A DNA stretch of 64,000 nt, taken from contig SHZJ01000003.1 of assembly GCA_009692365.1 (NCBI GenBank), forward strand, positions 65,250 through 129,249, written 5' to 3'. This document shows positions 1-9,435 of this stretch, piece after piece; positions within the stretch are counted from its first letter, which is position 1; the number at the start of each line of letters is the position of its first letter. A model generated the notes under the pieces. It did no database searches, was not told where the DNA came from, and worked only from the letters and a program-made list of their open reading frames with translations. The translations under genes were made by a program, and so were the position numbers. The stretch is from Gammaproteobacteria bacterium. Its GTDB lineage: Bacteria > Pseudomonadota > Gammaproteobacteria > Ga0077536.

Positions 1-440
1 CCGTCGCCGGTGATGGCCAGCAGCATCATGATGGTCGAGGATTTTTTCTGCACCGACACGCCTTGCTGGGTAACAGCCTTGGGCAGCTGCGGCATCGCCA
101 AGTCGACCCGGTTCTGGACCTGAACCTGCGCGATGTCGGGGTCGGTATCCAACGAGAAATAGACCACCAGGTTCAACTGGCCCGTGGACGAGCTAGTGGA
201 GGTCATGTAGAGCATGTTGTCGGCGCCGTTGATCTGCGCCTCGATAGGCCCGGCGACGGCATCGGCCAGCGTTTTCGCGTCAGCCCCGGGGTAGTTCGCC
301 GAGACCGTGACCTGCACCGGCGTGATCGAGGGGTACTGCTGCACCGGTAGCAACTTCATCGACACCAGCCCGCCGACCATCAGCAGCAGCGCGAGAACCG
401 TTGCGAAGATAGGGCGCTCGATAAAAAAACGAGAGAACAT
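1..440 (-). CDS. RND multidrug efflux permease, AcrB/MexB family; N-terminal ~146 aa only, the rest lies beyond the window edge
   Basis: Minus-strand translation from the ATG at 440-438 reads MFSRFFIERPIFATVLALLLMVGGL...SITPVQVTVSANYPGADAKTLADAVAGPIE, the canonical AcrB N-terminus. It sits directly downstream of the adaptor gene. Confidence 0.85.
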   Translation of the reverse strand, partial: MFSRFFIERPIFATVLALLLMVGGLVSMKLLPVQQYPSITPVQVTVSANYPGADAKTLADAVAGPIEAQINGADNMLYMTSTSSSTGQLNLVVYFSLDTDPDIAQVQVQNRVDLAMPQLPKAVTQQGVSVQKKSSTIMMLLAITGD

Positions 441-526
441 TTGGGCGTCAGCGCCGCGGTGCTTGGCGGGCCGCAGCGGCTCCCACCGGAATGCAACGGG
501 CCGCAGAACTCAGTCGTTGGGCCATC

Positions 527-1705
527 CTAAGAACCTGCGACCGGGGCCACCAAAGGCTGGGCTGCTGGCGGCACGACGCGCACCTCTGCGCCCTGGAACA
601 GCCGCTGAGCGCCATCGATGACCACCTGCTCGCCCGCTTCCAGGCCCTCGTTGATGAACCAATTCTCGTCTTGCCACTCGCCCACGGTGACGGGCCGCAG
701 CACGGCCTTGCCGGCTTTGTCGATGACCCACACAAAATGTCCTTTCGCGCCCTGTTGTATCGCGCGTTGCGGCACCAGAGTGGCATTGGGCCGCACCCCG
801 CCCAGCAGGCGCACTCGCACGTACTGGTTGGGACGCAACTGTCCCTCTGGGTTGTCCAGCGTGACACGCAGCAGGAAGGTACCCGTTTGCATGTTGTAGG
901 ACGGATTAGCGAAGGTGATTTTGCCCGTATACGGGTAGCGGCTGCCGTCGGAGCTGTCCACTTCAACCGTCATGTTGCGGTCTTTCGGCAGCACCAGGCG
1001 CCCGGACTTGGTTTCTTTTTCAAGCCGTTGCATTTGGTTTTCCGACAAACTGAAGTTGACCCAAATAGGGGTGAGTACTGCCACCGTGGTCAGCTGGTTG
1101 TTTTGCGGGCTGAGGTAGCTGCCATCGGTGATCTCCGCGAAACTGGAAACGCCATTTACCGGCGAGGAGATCGTGGCGTAGGAGAGGTTCAGGCGGGCGC
1201 TCTCGAGATCCGCTTGGGCTTGCAGCACCGCCGCGCTGGTTTGCTCGAATTGGCCCTGCGCATCGTCTAAATCTTTCTGCGACAGCGCGTTTTGTTGCAC
1301 CAAGGGTTTCGTGCGCTTGAGCGTCGCGGTGGCAACCGCCAACGCGGCCTGATTGCGCTGCACGACCGCACTGGCCGCATCGACCTGAACTTGGAAGGGC
1401 TTCGGGTCCATCTGGAAGAGCACTTGGCCCGCCTTGACCACCGCACCCTCGGTGTATATCCGTTTGTCGAGAAAGCCCGACACCCGGGCCTGAATATTCA
1501 CCAACTGGGAACTCTGGGTTTGCGCAACGTACTCCGCACTGACCGGCACGTCGGCTGGCTCGATGGTGAGGAGCGTGACCTCCAAAGGGGCCACTAGGCG
1601 CTTCGGTGGCCCCTTGCCGCAGGCGACCAAGGCGAGCGCGAGCACGAGCACGACCGTTGCGCTGCGCCAAATCTTTGGGCGGGTTGGCGGATGGAAATTC
1701 AGCAT
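527..1705 (-). CDS. RND efflux periplasmic adaptor (membrane fusion protein, AcrA/MexA family), lipoprotein
   Basis: ORF 527..2149, trimmed to the internal Met at 1705-1703, gives MLNFHPP...LVLALALVACGKG, a signal peptide plus lipobox. HlyD-like coiled-coil and beta-barrel motifs match AcrA. The ORF upstream of 1705 is Arg-rich junk. Confidence 0.85.
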   Translation of the reverse strand: MLNFHPPTRPKIWRSATVVLVLALALVACGKGPPKRLVAPLEVTLLTIEPADVPVSAEYVAQTQSSQLVNIQARVSGFLDKRIYTEGAVVKAGQVLFQMDPKPFQVQVDAASAVVQRNQAALAVATATLKRTKPLVQQNALSQKDLDDAQGQFEQTSAAVLQAQADLESARLNLSYATISSPVNGVSSFAEITDGSYLSPQNNQLTTVAVLTPIWVNFSLSENQMQRLEKETKSGRLVLPKDRNMTVEVDSSDGSRYPYTGKITFANPSYNMQTGTFLLRVTLDNPEGQLRPNQYVRVRLLGGVRPNATLVPQRAIQQGAKGHFVWVIDKAGKAVLRPVTVGEWQDENWFINEGLEAGEQVVIDGAQRLFQGAEVRVVPPAAQPLVAPVAGS

Positions 1706-2157
1706 GCAGGCGTCCAGAGTTTGCGCGTCTAGGTCCGAGCGGATACTAGCAACAACTCTCGCCATCGGGAACCCTTTGGGGGCGACAGGCTGCCCCCACA
1801 TCGCGGGCAGCGGCGCGCACGGCGGCGTGCCTCGGCAGGCCGACCGAGCCTCGGGGCGGCGGGGTTGGGCCCGCGCACCGCATCGCCGCCTGGGCTGGTG
1901 CTGGCGCGCGCCGCACCTGCTTTGCGCTGAGGCGCGCCCCTTATACTTCGCGCGGCGCACCCGGGCTATAGTCCCCGCACCAGCGCCCGGCGTGGCCGGT
2001 GGCCACTGCGTTGCTGACGCCAGCGCAAGCTGAGACCACAGCGTCGGCAGCGGCCGCCGACCGCTCCGCACCGACGACGCGAGTCGGCTTAAAAAAACGA
2101 GCAAGTGGAGAGTCGAGAGATGGGAAACAGCCCGCCCGCGCACCCTCATCGTTGGTG

Positions 2158-3306
2158 ATGTCGCCGCTCACTGAGCGGGCGCGCGCGCTCCAGCCGTTGC
2201 TACGCCTGGCGGCCGCTGGGGTCGAGCAGACCCGCCGGCTAAGCCCTACGGTCCTCGACGCACTGCACGCACTGCAGGCGTTCAATCTGCAGGTCGCTCA
2301 GACCTATGGCGGGCCCGCCGCCGACCCTATCACCCATCTCGAAGTCATCGAGGCGCTGTCGCAAGGCGACGCGTCTAGCGGGTGGTGTGCCATGGTGGGC
2401 TCCGAATCGAGCGCCTGCATCAACGCTTTTCTCGAACCCGAGGTGGTGCGCGAGATGCTGATGGCGACGCCGCAGGCGGTGGCCGCACTCACCGTGGTGG
2501 GCGGTGGGCGGGCAGTTGAGTGCCCCGGTGGCTTCCTTGTCAGCGGTCACTGGCGCTTCGCCAGCGGCTGCCGACACGCCACGTGGTTGGGTGGCCTATG
2601 CGCGGTTTTTGCCGGCGATACCCCACGCCTGCGCGCCCACGGCACGCCCCTCACACGGCTAATCTTTGCCCCCGCGAGTAGCGCAAAGTTGCTCGATACC
2701 TGGCACACCAGCGGGCTGCAGGGCACCGCCAGCGACGATTTCACCCTCACCGAAGTTTTCGTCCCGGGCCCGCGCACCGTCGATTTATTTGGCCCGCCGC
2801 GTGACCCGGCCCCTGCCTGGCGGCTGCCGATTAGCCTGCGTTTTGCGATGAGCAAGGCCGCGGCAGCCTGCGGGATCGCCAGAGGCGCCATGGATGCATT
2901 GTTGCCCTTACTCGAGCGCGTGCCGTTTGTCGGTGCCCGCCCCGCCCGCGAAGAGCCCCGCGTGCAGATCATGCTGGCGCAGGCCGAGGCCGCAATCGAG
3001 GGTGGGCGTGCCTATCTGTATCAGAACGTGCAGCAAGCCTGGGACGCCGTCCAGCGCGGCACGGTGCTCGAGGTGGCGGATGTCGCCCGCGTGCGTCTGG
3101 CCATCGTGTTCGCCGCGCGCCGCGCGCAAGAAGCCGTGGGGATGCTGCAGGAACTCGGCGGCACGGCGTCAATTTTTGATCCTGCCCTCGATCGCTGCGC
3201 GCGCGATCTCAATGTGGCGCGACATCACCTGCAGCTGCAGGCGCATGTGGTGGAGGATGTGGGCCGCGTCTTACTGGGCCTCGCGCCCCGCAATCCGTTG
3301 TTCTAA
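2158..3306 (+). CDS. acyl-CoA dehydrogenase-family flavoprotein (type-2 ACAD/flavin monooxygenase-like)
   Basis: ORF 1999..3306; the start is moved to the ATG at 2158 (MSPLTERARALQ) because the upstream part overlaps the adaptor ORF. ACAD-like N-terminal and middle-domain motifs (SGWCAMVGSESSA) and a C-terminal helical domain. Confidence 0.6.
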   Translation: MSPLTERARALQPLLRLAAAGVEQTRRLSPTVLDALHALQAFNLQVAQTYGGPAADPITHLEVIEALSQGDASSGWCAMVGSESSACINAFLEPEVVREMLMATPQAVAALTVVGGGRAVECPGGFLVSGHWRFASGCRHATWLGGLCAVFAGDTPRLRAHGTPLTRLIFAPASSAKLLDTWHTSGLQGTASDDFTLTEVFVPGPRTVDLFGPPRDPAPAWRLPISLRFAMSKAAAACGIARGAMDALLPLLERVPFVGARPAREEPRVQIMLAQAEAAIEGGRAYLYQNVQQAWDAVQRGTVLEVADVARVRLAIVFAARRAQEAVGMLQELGGTASIFDPALDRCARDLNVARHHLQLQAHVVEDVGRVLLGLAPRNPLF

Positions 3307-3321
3307 GCCTTTAACACCGGC

Positions 3322-3663
3322 TTAGACCGGCGCGCTGGGCGCAGCCAAATCTGCCGGTAACTCGCCACGGCTCCAATCCCGGGTGACCTCACCCACCCGG
3401 ATCCGATACCACCGCAACACCGACTCACGACCACGCTGCATCGCGTGCAGATGGTCGGGGTCTTGCGCCCAGCGCGCGAGTGCGGCGGCGTCTCGCCAAT
3501 AGGAAATTTCGTACTGGCGTCCCGGATGGGTCAGGCTGGCGGACGGATAGGCGCCGAGAAAGCCGTCGATCAGCGCCAGTCGCGGCAGCAGCCGGTCGAG
3601 AATTTCCCGAAATTCGCCGGCCACGCCGGCGTTGAGTTCGTATTCAATGATCGCCATGAGCAT
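3322..3663 (-). CDS. small ABM (antibiotic biosynthesis monooxygenase)-like protein
   Basis: ORF 3322..3795; a plausible start is the Met at 3663 (MLMAIIEYELNAG...), giving ~113 aa with an ABM-fold-like pattern. Start and function are tentative. Confidence 0.45.
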   Translation of the reverse strand: MLMAIIEYELNAGVAGEFREILDRLLPRLALIDGFLGAYPSASLTHPGRQYEISYWRDAAALARWAQDPDHLHAMQRGRESVLRWYRIRVGEVTRDWSRGELPADLAAPSAPV

Positions 3664-3830
3664 AGTGCTTACTGCCTGTCCTAGCTGAGGAGCGTCAAAC
3701 GGAGTCGCCCAGCCGGCCCGCAGGTCGGCGCGTGACAACCGCGGCCGGCCCGGCGCCGGGCCGTGCATGTCTTCTGCCGGTGCTGAACCATCCAAGCGCC
3801 GGCTAATTTCAGGAGCTGGCCGGCGCTAGC

Positions 3831-5480
3831 TCACCGCGTCAACCAAGCGAACTGCTGGGGTTTGCGTTGGGTCTGCGGATTGATCATCACGTTGATCAGC
3901 GTGGGCATGGTCTCACCGGCCGCGTCGCGCAGCGCCTGAGTCAGTTCGGCGGGGGTGGTGACGTGGAACCCTCGCCCGCCGAAGGCCTCGATCACCCGGT
4001 CGTAGCGGGCACCGGGCGTAAAGACGTGCGGCGCCACGGGATCGCCCAGCTGCGCTTCGCCGGAGGCGATGCCGTTGTTATTGAGCACGATGAAAGTAAT
4101 CGGCAAGCGGTAACGACAGGCGGTTTCCACTTCCATGCCGCTAAAGCCAAACGCCGAATCCCCTTCCACACAAAAAACCCGCCGTCCGGGATGGACGACC
4201 GCCGCGGCGATCGCGAACCCGGGCCCCACCCCCATGGTGCCAAAAGTCCCTGCATCAAGGCGCTCCCGGGGGTTGTAGTTCAACAAAATACTGCGCCCGA
4301 TATCCATCGTATTGGCGCCTTCGCTGCACACGATGGCGTCACGCGGGAGATAGTCACGCACCTCGCGTAGCACCCGGTAATAGCCCATCGGCACGCTGTC
4401 GTCGTGCATCATCGCGGTAACCTGCTCGGCGTTTTGCGCCATCTTGGCGCGCAGCGTGGTCCACCAGGTGCCCGCCGCGGGGAATTGCCACGGCGCCGCC
4501 GCGTGGGTTGCGTTGATCTGGCCCATCACCGCCCGTGCATCGCCGACCAGTGCCGCAGCGGTTGGAATGTTGGTGCCAATTTCATCCCCGGCAATATCGA
4601 GTTGCACAATCCGCACGTCGGGCGCGAAGCGCGGCGGCAAACCAAAATGCATTATCCAGTTGAGCCGGGCGCCGATGAGGAAAATGACGTCGGCCTCCTG
4701 CAGCGCCTGCGAGCGCGCGGGCGCCACCGACAGGGGATGGTCATCGGGCACCACGCCCTTGCCCATGGGCGAGGCCAGAAAAGGCAGCTGTGAGTTATCG
4801 ATGAAGCGCCGGACTTCGTGCTCGGCGCGCGCGTAGGCCGCACCCTTGCCGAGGATGACCAACGGCCGTTTAGCCCCACGCAGAATGGCCAACGCCGCTT
4901 CGACCGCGGCGGGATCGGCCAGACTACGCGGCGCGGCCGGGCACTGGGGCGGCCAGCGCACGGCGTCCTCGGCGAGGGTGTCGTTGATGATGTCGCTAGG
5001 CAGGTCCAGATAGACCGCGCCCGGTCGACCGTACATGGCCGTGCGCACGCATTTCTCGATGTAGGCCGGCACGCGCGGCAACGCGTCGGGGCGGGTGGAG
5101 AGTTTCACGAACGGGCGGGCGGCTTCCATCTGGGGCGCTTCTTGGAATGCCCCTTGCTCACGCTGGTACGAGTCCGGCGCGCCGCTCAGCAGCAGCATCG
5201 GCCAACAGTTCGCCCACGCGTTAGACAGGCCCGCCACCGCGTGCACCATGCCCGGGCCCGAGACCGTCAGACACACGCCCGGGCGACCGGTCAAGTAGCC
5301 CACCGCGCCGGCGGCATAGCTGGCTGCCTGTTCGTTGCGGAAGCCAAAGTAATTCAGACCTTCGCGCTGCAGCACGTGCGCCAGGTCGACGACGGGGAAG
5401 CCGAGGATGCCAAAGACGTGTTCCACGCCTTGCGCTTTGAGCGAACGCGCGATGATGGTCGAGCCGTCGAGTTGTGCCAT
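3831..5480 (-). CDS. oxc: ThDP-dependent oxalyl-CoA decarboxylase / 2-hydroxyacyl-CoA lyase family
   Basis: 549 aa, alignable over its full length to O. formigenes Oxc as recalled (GVCLTVSGPGMVHA, GARLNW, VEGDSAFGFSGMEVETACRYRLPITFIVLNNNGI). GGAG lies 10-13 nt before the ATG. Confidence 0.8.
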   Translation of the reverse strand: MAQLDGSTIIARSLKAQGVEHVFGILGFPVVDLAHVLQREGLNYFGFRNEQAASYAAGAVGYLTGRPGVCLTVSGPGMVHAVAGLSNAWANCWPMLLLSGAPDSYQREQGAFQEAPQMEAARPFVKLSTRPDALPRVPAYIEKCVRTAMYGRPGAVYLDLPSDIINDTLAEDAVRWPPQCPAAPRSLADPAAVEAALAILRGAKRPLVILGKGAAYARAEHEVRRFIDNSQLPFLASPMGKGVVPDDHPLSVAPARSQALQEADVIFLIGARLNWIMHFGLPPRFAPDVRIVQLDIAGDEIGTNIPTAAALVGDARAVMGQINATHAAAPWQFPAAGTWWTTLRAKMAQNAEQVTAMMHDDSVPMGYYRVLREVRDYLPRDAIVCSEGANTMDIGRSILLNYNPRERLDAGTFGTMGVGPGFAIAAAVVHPGRRVFCVEGDSAFGFSGMEVETACRYRLPITFIVLNNNGIASGEAQLGDPVAPHVFTPGARYDRVIEAFGGRGFHVTTPAELTQALRDAAGETMPTLINVMINPQTQRKPQQFAWLTR

Positions 5481-5642
5481 GAACCGTTACTCCGGATTAC
5501 TGTCAACGTTAATTGAGCATGTCCTTGGAATGCGCTCGGGAGCGCTGGTCAGAATTAGTCGCGCGCGCCAGACCTGCCAGGGCGAGCGAACCCACGCCAA
5601 GCCGCGCCGCAAGCCGGTGCCGGGCCGCCCACTTGCGGCGGG

Positions 5643-6752
5643 CTAGTGCGCCTGCAGTTCCACCAAAAAGCCGTCGGGTAGTTCGCGCTTACCCGCGATG
5701 AAGTCACCGTTGATGTCGCTCACCCACAGCCGTCCGTTAAAAAAACGCACGCCAATTGGATTGTGGAAACCGGAGGCCACCAGCACCGCTGCGCCGGCGG
5801 CGGTCAGCCGGTATATCTTGCCGTCAGCCTGCAGCGCTTGCGTCATGGGCACGGGCACTTGCCACAGTCCCACCTCCGCAAAAAACAGTTCGCCCCCGTA
5901 AGTCCCAAAACCGGGTGGCGCGAAGTCCATGCCCATGGGTCGTCCCACCCCACTGAACAACGGCGCCTCGGCGATTTTGCCAGCCGGCGAAACGCGCACG
6001 ATGGCGCCGCGCTGCAAGCGGGTGCTGGTGATATCGAACTCACCCTCGCTGACCGACACCAGCATGCTCTGACCGTCGGCCGCGAACGTCAGCAGGGTTG
6101 GGGCGCTGTAACGCTTGCCGTCGAACACCACGAACGGCGTGCATTGGCCATCGGGCGTCACTTGATAGATGGCGTCGTTGTAGATGGTAATCACAAACAG
6201 ACGGTTCGCGAAGGGGCTGCCCGGCGGCCCGAAGCGGGCGTCGAGTCCGAAGCCGGCGATCTTTTTGGGACCCGCAGCCGGCAGGGTACAAAACACGCTG
6301 GTGGCGTAATCCCGCGCCGGCTCGATGCGCTGAATGATGTGATTGAGCAGCGCCCCTTCCATCGCAACCTTGGGTTGTGCCAGGGAGAAGATTTGGCCGC
6401 CGTAAGCGCCAAACCCAGCCGGGGCGATGTCGTAGCCAACGGTCGGCAACAATTTACCGATATCCGCGAGCACGCCAATGCCCCCGTTGGCATCCACCCG
6501 CAGCAGGCGACTGCCTTTCTCATCTTCCTCGCCACCATCGTCGTTCAACCACATGAACTGACCCACCGGCAGCATCACCAAGGGGTCGTAGAGTTGTCCC
6601 GGGGGGACGAGTAAGCGGGCGGCAAACCCCGCTTGCGCGGTCACTACTGGGGGCGCCGTCAATCGGCCCACCACCGACTCCAAAGGCTCGGCCGCGCAGC
6701 TGGTGATGCTGGCCAGCAGCCAGCACAATCTCAGGCAGGCGCGATGAGTCAT
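5643..6752 (-). CDS. secreted hypothetical protein with an internal duplicated GFGxYGG motif
   Basis: 369 aa with an N-terminal signal peptide (LLASITSCAAEP). Repeats IAPAGFGAYGGQIF and FAPPGFGTYGGELFF sit ~165 aa apart. GGAG lies 10 nt upstream of the ATG at 6752. Confidence 0.7.
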   Translation of the reverse strand: MTHRACLRLCWLLASITSCAAEPLESVVGRLTAPPVVTAQAGFAARLLVPPGQLYDPLVMLPVGQFMWLNDDGGEEDEKGSRLLRVDANGGIGVLADIGKLLPTVGYDIAPAGFGAYGGQIFSLAQPKVAMEGALLNHIIQRIEPARDYATSVFCTLPAAGPKKIAGFGLDARFGPPGSPFANRLFVITIYNDAIYQVTPDGQCTPFVVFDGKRYSAPTLLTFAADGQSMLVSVSEGEFDITSTRLQRGAIVRVSPAGKIAEAPLFSGVGRPMGMDFAPPGFGTYGGELFFAEVGLWQVPVPMTQALQADGKIYRLTAAGAAVLVASGFHNPIGVRFFNGRLWVSDINGDFIAGKRELPDGFLVELQAH

Positions 6753-6935
6753 AGGTAGCTCCGCGATTGAGGACGGTCAGTGTGCGCTCGTGGCCCGCTC
6801 CATGGCACTGTCCGTGACGGCCCAAAGCCTGTCAACTGCGGAGCGCAGGGCGGGTATTTTGCCGCAATGCAAAATTCTGCTGCGGGCGGGCCAAATCGTT
6901 TGGCCTGCGTTCGGGCCGTCAGCTGGCCGCAGTTT

Positions 6936-6954
6936 TAGGGTAGGGTAGGGGTAG
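6936..6954. repeat. TAGGG-TAGGG-TAGGGG-TAG G-tract microrepeat in a divergent intergenic region
   Basis: Seen directly in sequence: tagggtagggtaggggtag. Confidence 0.5.
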
Positions 6955-7006
6955 ATCCGAGCGTTGCTGAGCCCCGAAAAATCTACCCCCAGAGGAGACC
7001 TCGAGC

Positions 7007-8161
7007 ATGCATAGCCCTGTTGAAACCGCTGGCGCCATCGATGCCGATGGCCACATTCTAGAGCCGCCCGATCTGTGGGAGAAATACTTAGAAGCCAAAT
7101 ATCGCGACCGCGCGATCCGCATCAAAACCAACGCCGAGGGGCTGGAATACTTCGAGTACGACGGCAAACCCTCGAAACTCATGCCGGCGGGTTTTCCCGG
7201 CACTCTGGGTGGCATGGGTTCGCCAGACATCCTGCCTTCACGCGAACGCAGTTATGTGCGCAGCGCACCGTTTGGGTCGATGGACCCCAAAGAGCGCATG
7301 GCCCGACTCGACACCGAAGGTCTGGCCAAAGCGGTGCTGTATCCCACCCTCGGCATCTTGTGGGAGCCCGAGGTCAGTGAGCCAGAAATTGCGACCGCCT
7401 ACACCCGCGCGTACAACCGTTGGATCATGGATTTCTGTGCCGACTCGGGTGGTCGCCTAGTCCCCATTGCGCATATTTCTTTATCCGACCCGGCGCTGGC
7501 GGCCGCGGAGACCGAACGCGCCTTGAGCGCAGGCGCCAAAGGCATTTTCTTCCATCCCTTCACGTGGACCCGCAAGTCGCCGGGACATCCGGACTACGCG
7601 CGGGTGTGGGCCATCGCCCAAGAGCACGATGCGCCAGTGGCAATGCACCCAACCGTCGACCCGCCCTCGCTAGACGTGCATCGGCGCTTCGATGAACTCG
7701 CGCAAAAGGAAACCTTCGAATTCACTTGGTACTTCGATGTGTTGGTTGCCCAAGGCATGCAACAAGCTTTTGCCTCATTGTTTCACTACCAGATTTTTGA
7801 ACGTTTCCCAAAGGTCAAAGCGGTGGTGCTGGAAAGCCAGGCGGGCTGGATTGGGCAACTGATCGACCGCATGGACGCCGTGTCCAAAGGCCCGCTCATG
7901 CCCAAGAGCGGGCTGAAAGAGTTACCCAGCGTGTATTTCAAACGGCAATGCTATGTGTCGATCGATCCGGACGAACGCGCAGTGGCGGGCATCATTCCTT
8001 TCGTTGGCGATGACCGCTTTTTCTGGGCCTCGGATTTCCCGCATCCCGACCACACGGCAGAGTACATGCACGAGCTAAAAGAAATGCTGGCGCCGCTGCC
8101 GGAAGTCTCCCGACGCAGGATCCTGAGCGAAAATGTCACGCGGGCGTTTAATCTCGATTAA
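7007..8161 (+). CDS. amidohydrolase-2 family metal-dependent hydrolase (ACMSD-like)
   Basis: 384 aa. The N-terminal IDADGHILEPPDLW, internal His/Asp metal-ligand pattern and C-terminal SDFPHPDHT are typical of PF04909. A strong GAGGAG RBS lies 8 nt upstream. Confidence 0.8.
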   Translation: MHSPVETAGAIDADGHILEPPDLWEKYLEAKYRDRAIRIKTNAEGLEYFEYDGKPSKLMPAGFPGTLGGMGSPDILPSRERSYVRSAPFGSMDPKERMARLDTEGLAKAVLYPTLGILWEPEVSEPEIATAYTRAYNRWIMDFCADSGGRLVPIAHISLSDPALAAAETERALSAGAKGIFFHPFTWTRKSPGHPDYARVWAIAQEHDAPVAMHPTVDPPSLDVHRRFDELAQKETFEFTWYFDVLVAQGMQQAFASLFHYQIFERFPKVKAVVLESQAGWIGQLIDRMDAVSKGPLMPKSGLKELPSVYFKRQCYVSIDPDERAVAGIIPFVGDDRFFWASDFPHPDHTAEYMHELKEMLAPLPEVSRRRILSENVTRAFNLD

Positions 8162-8178
8162 AGGTGCGAGGCCACGGC

Positions 8179-8210
8179 GGACACTCCCGTTGGCTAAGTA
8201 GGGAGTGCCC
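8179..8210 (+). terminator. stem-loop immediately after the amidohydrolase stop (7-bp perfect stem cactccc/gggagtg, 12-nt loop, no U-tract)
   Basis: Inverted repeat seen in sequence at 8182-8188 and 8201-8207. There is no T-run, so intrinsic-terminator function is uncertain. Confidence 0.3.
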
Positions 8211-8440
8211 GGCGCGGGCCCCGGCGCGTCGGCATGCCTAGCGCCCGGCCGTGCCGGCCTTGCGCACGTGCTCGAGACCACTCGGTGGGCGGCGCGAAGT
8301 GGTGGTTGTGGTCGGCTGCAGGTCCGTGACAAAACAGGTTGCCGCGCCGCGCGACCGGCGCTGGGCTGGGGGTGCAAGGCCCGCAAAAACGGCTAAGGAA
8401 ATCAAGCAGGACGCTGCCGCAAGCGTGAGAAAGCACCGCG

Positions 8441-9192
8441 ATGTCTGGCCTGTCCGCCGCCGCTAAGCAACCGCTCTATGCGCTCGGCGAGAACGATATC
8501 GCCCTGTGGGTAGTGCATCTGGCCGCAGTCCAACCCGCGATGATCGCCGGCACGCAGACGCTTTCAGCGACTGAACTCGCCGCGGCCAGCCGCTACCGGT
8601 CAGCAGCCCAGCAAGCGGCATTCCTCCAGCGCCGGGTGGCGCTGCGCGCGCTCCTCGCGGGGTACCTCGGTGCGCCAGCAGAGGAACTCCAGTTCACAGA
8701 AAACGAATTCGGAAAACCCGCGCTGCACACCCCCCCGGCGCTAGGGGGCTGGCATTTAACGCCTCACATTGCGCCTCGCTGGCCGTGATCGCGGTCGCCC
8801 GGTCGGGCCGGATCGGGATAGACGTCGAAGCATTGCGAACCGTCGTGGACGCCGAGAGAATCGCAACCCGATTTTTTTCACCGCAGGAATCCGCCGCACG
8901 GGCAGCGCTCGATCCCGCCGAGCAGGGGACGGGATTCTTGAACTGTTGGACCCGCAAGGAAGCCGTCGTGAAGGCGCTGGGGGGCGGCCTGTCGATTCCC
9001 CTGCATACCTTTGCGGTTACTCTCCAACCCCGCCAGCCCGCCGCCATTCTGACCTGGGCCATTCCAGATGCCCCGGCTGCAGCTTGGCAGCTTCATCAGC
9101 TGGAACCGGCCGCAGGGTATGTCGGCGCGCTCGTGGTCGAGCGGGCAGCCACCCTGCGCGCGTGGCGGCAGTGGCCCGGCCCAAGGGCGTAG
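8441..9192 (+). pseudogene. Sfp/EntD-type 4'-phosphopantetheinyl transferase, reading frame interrupted by an apparent 1-nt deletion
   Basis: ORF 8441..8788 ends GKPALHTPPALGGWHLTPHIAPRWP*. ORF 8785..9192 continues in the -1 frame as FNASHCASLAVIAVARSGRIGIDVE...WTRKEAVVKALGGG. Both halves carry canonical PPTase motifs (GKP, FN-SHS, GIDVE, WT-KEA-KA). The shift maps between a C7 run (8730-8736) and a G5 run (8744-8748). Confidence 0.75.
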
Positions 9193-9435
9193 ATTGCTAA
9201 CCCCGGGGGGTAGCTGGGCGCACCGCTGGCGAGGACCTAGCGCCGCCCGACCTCGCGACCACCGCGCGCACGCAGCGCGGTTTCGCCCCCACGCCCCCCG
9301 GCGCAAGACCCTTCGCGCTAAAGTCGGAATAGCCTCGCGCTGCCCGCGGAGTCGCCCGTGCTGCGGGGCGCTACTCATTGGCTGGCAGGCCGGCATGAGC
9401 CGCGAGCAAGGGCCGCCGCAAGCCGCTGCGGCGCC

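Noticed and set aside
1999-2157. N-terminal 53 codons of ORF 1999..3306, overlapping the adaptor ORF on the other strand
   Set aside because: Low-complexity Ala/Thr/Arg-rich translation, with an internal ATG at 2158 at the start of the conserved domain. The adaptor protein's real start is at 1705, so there is no true overlap, but the extension still looks non-coding.
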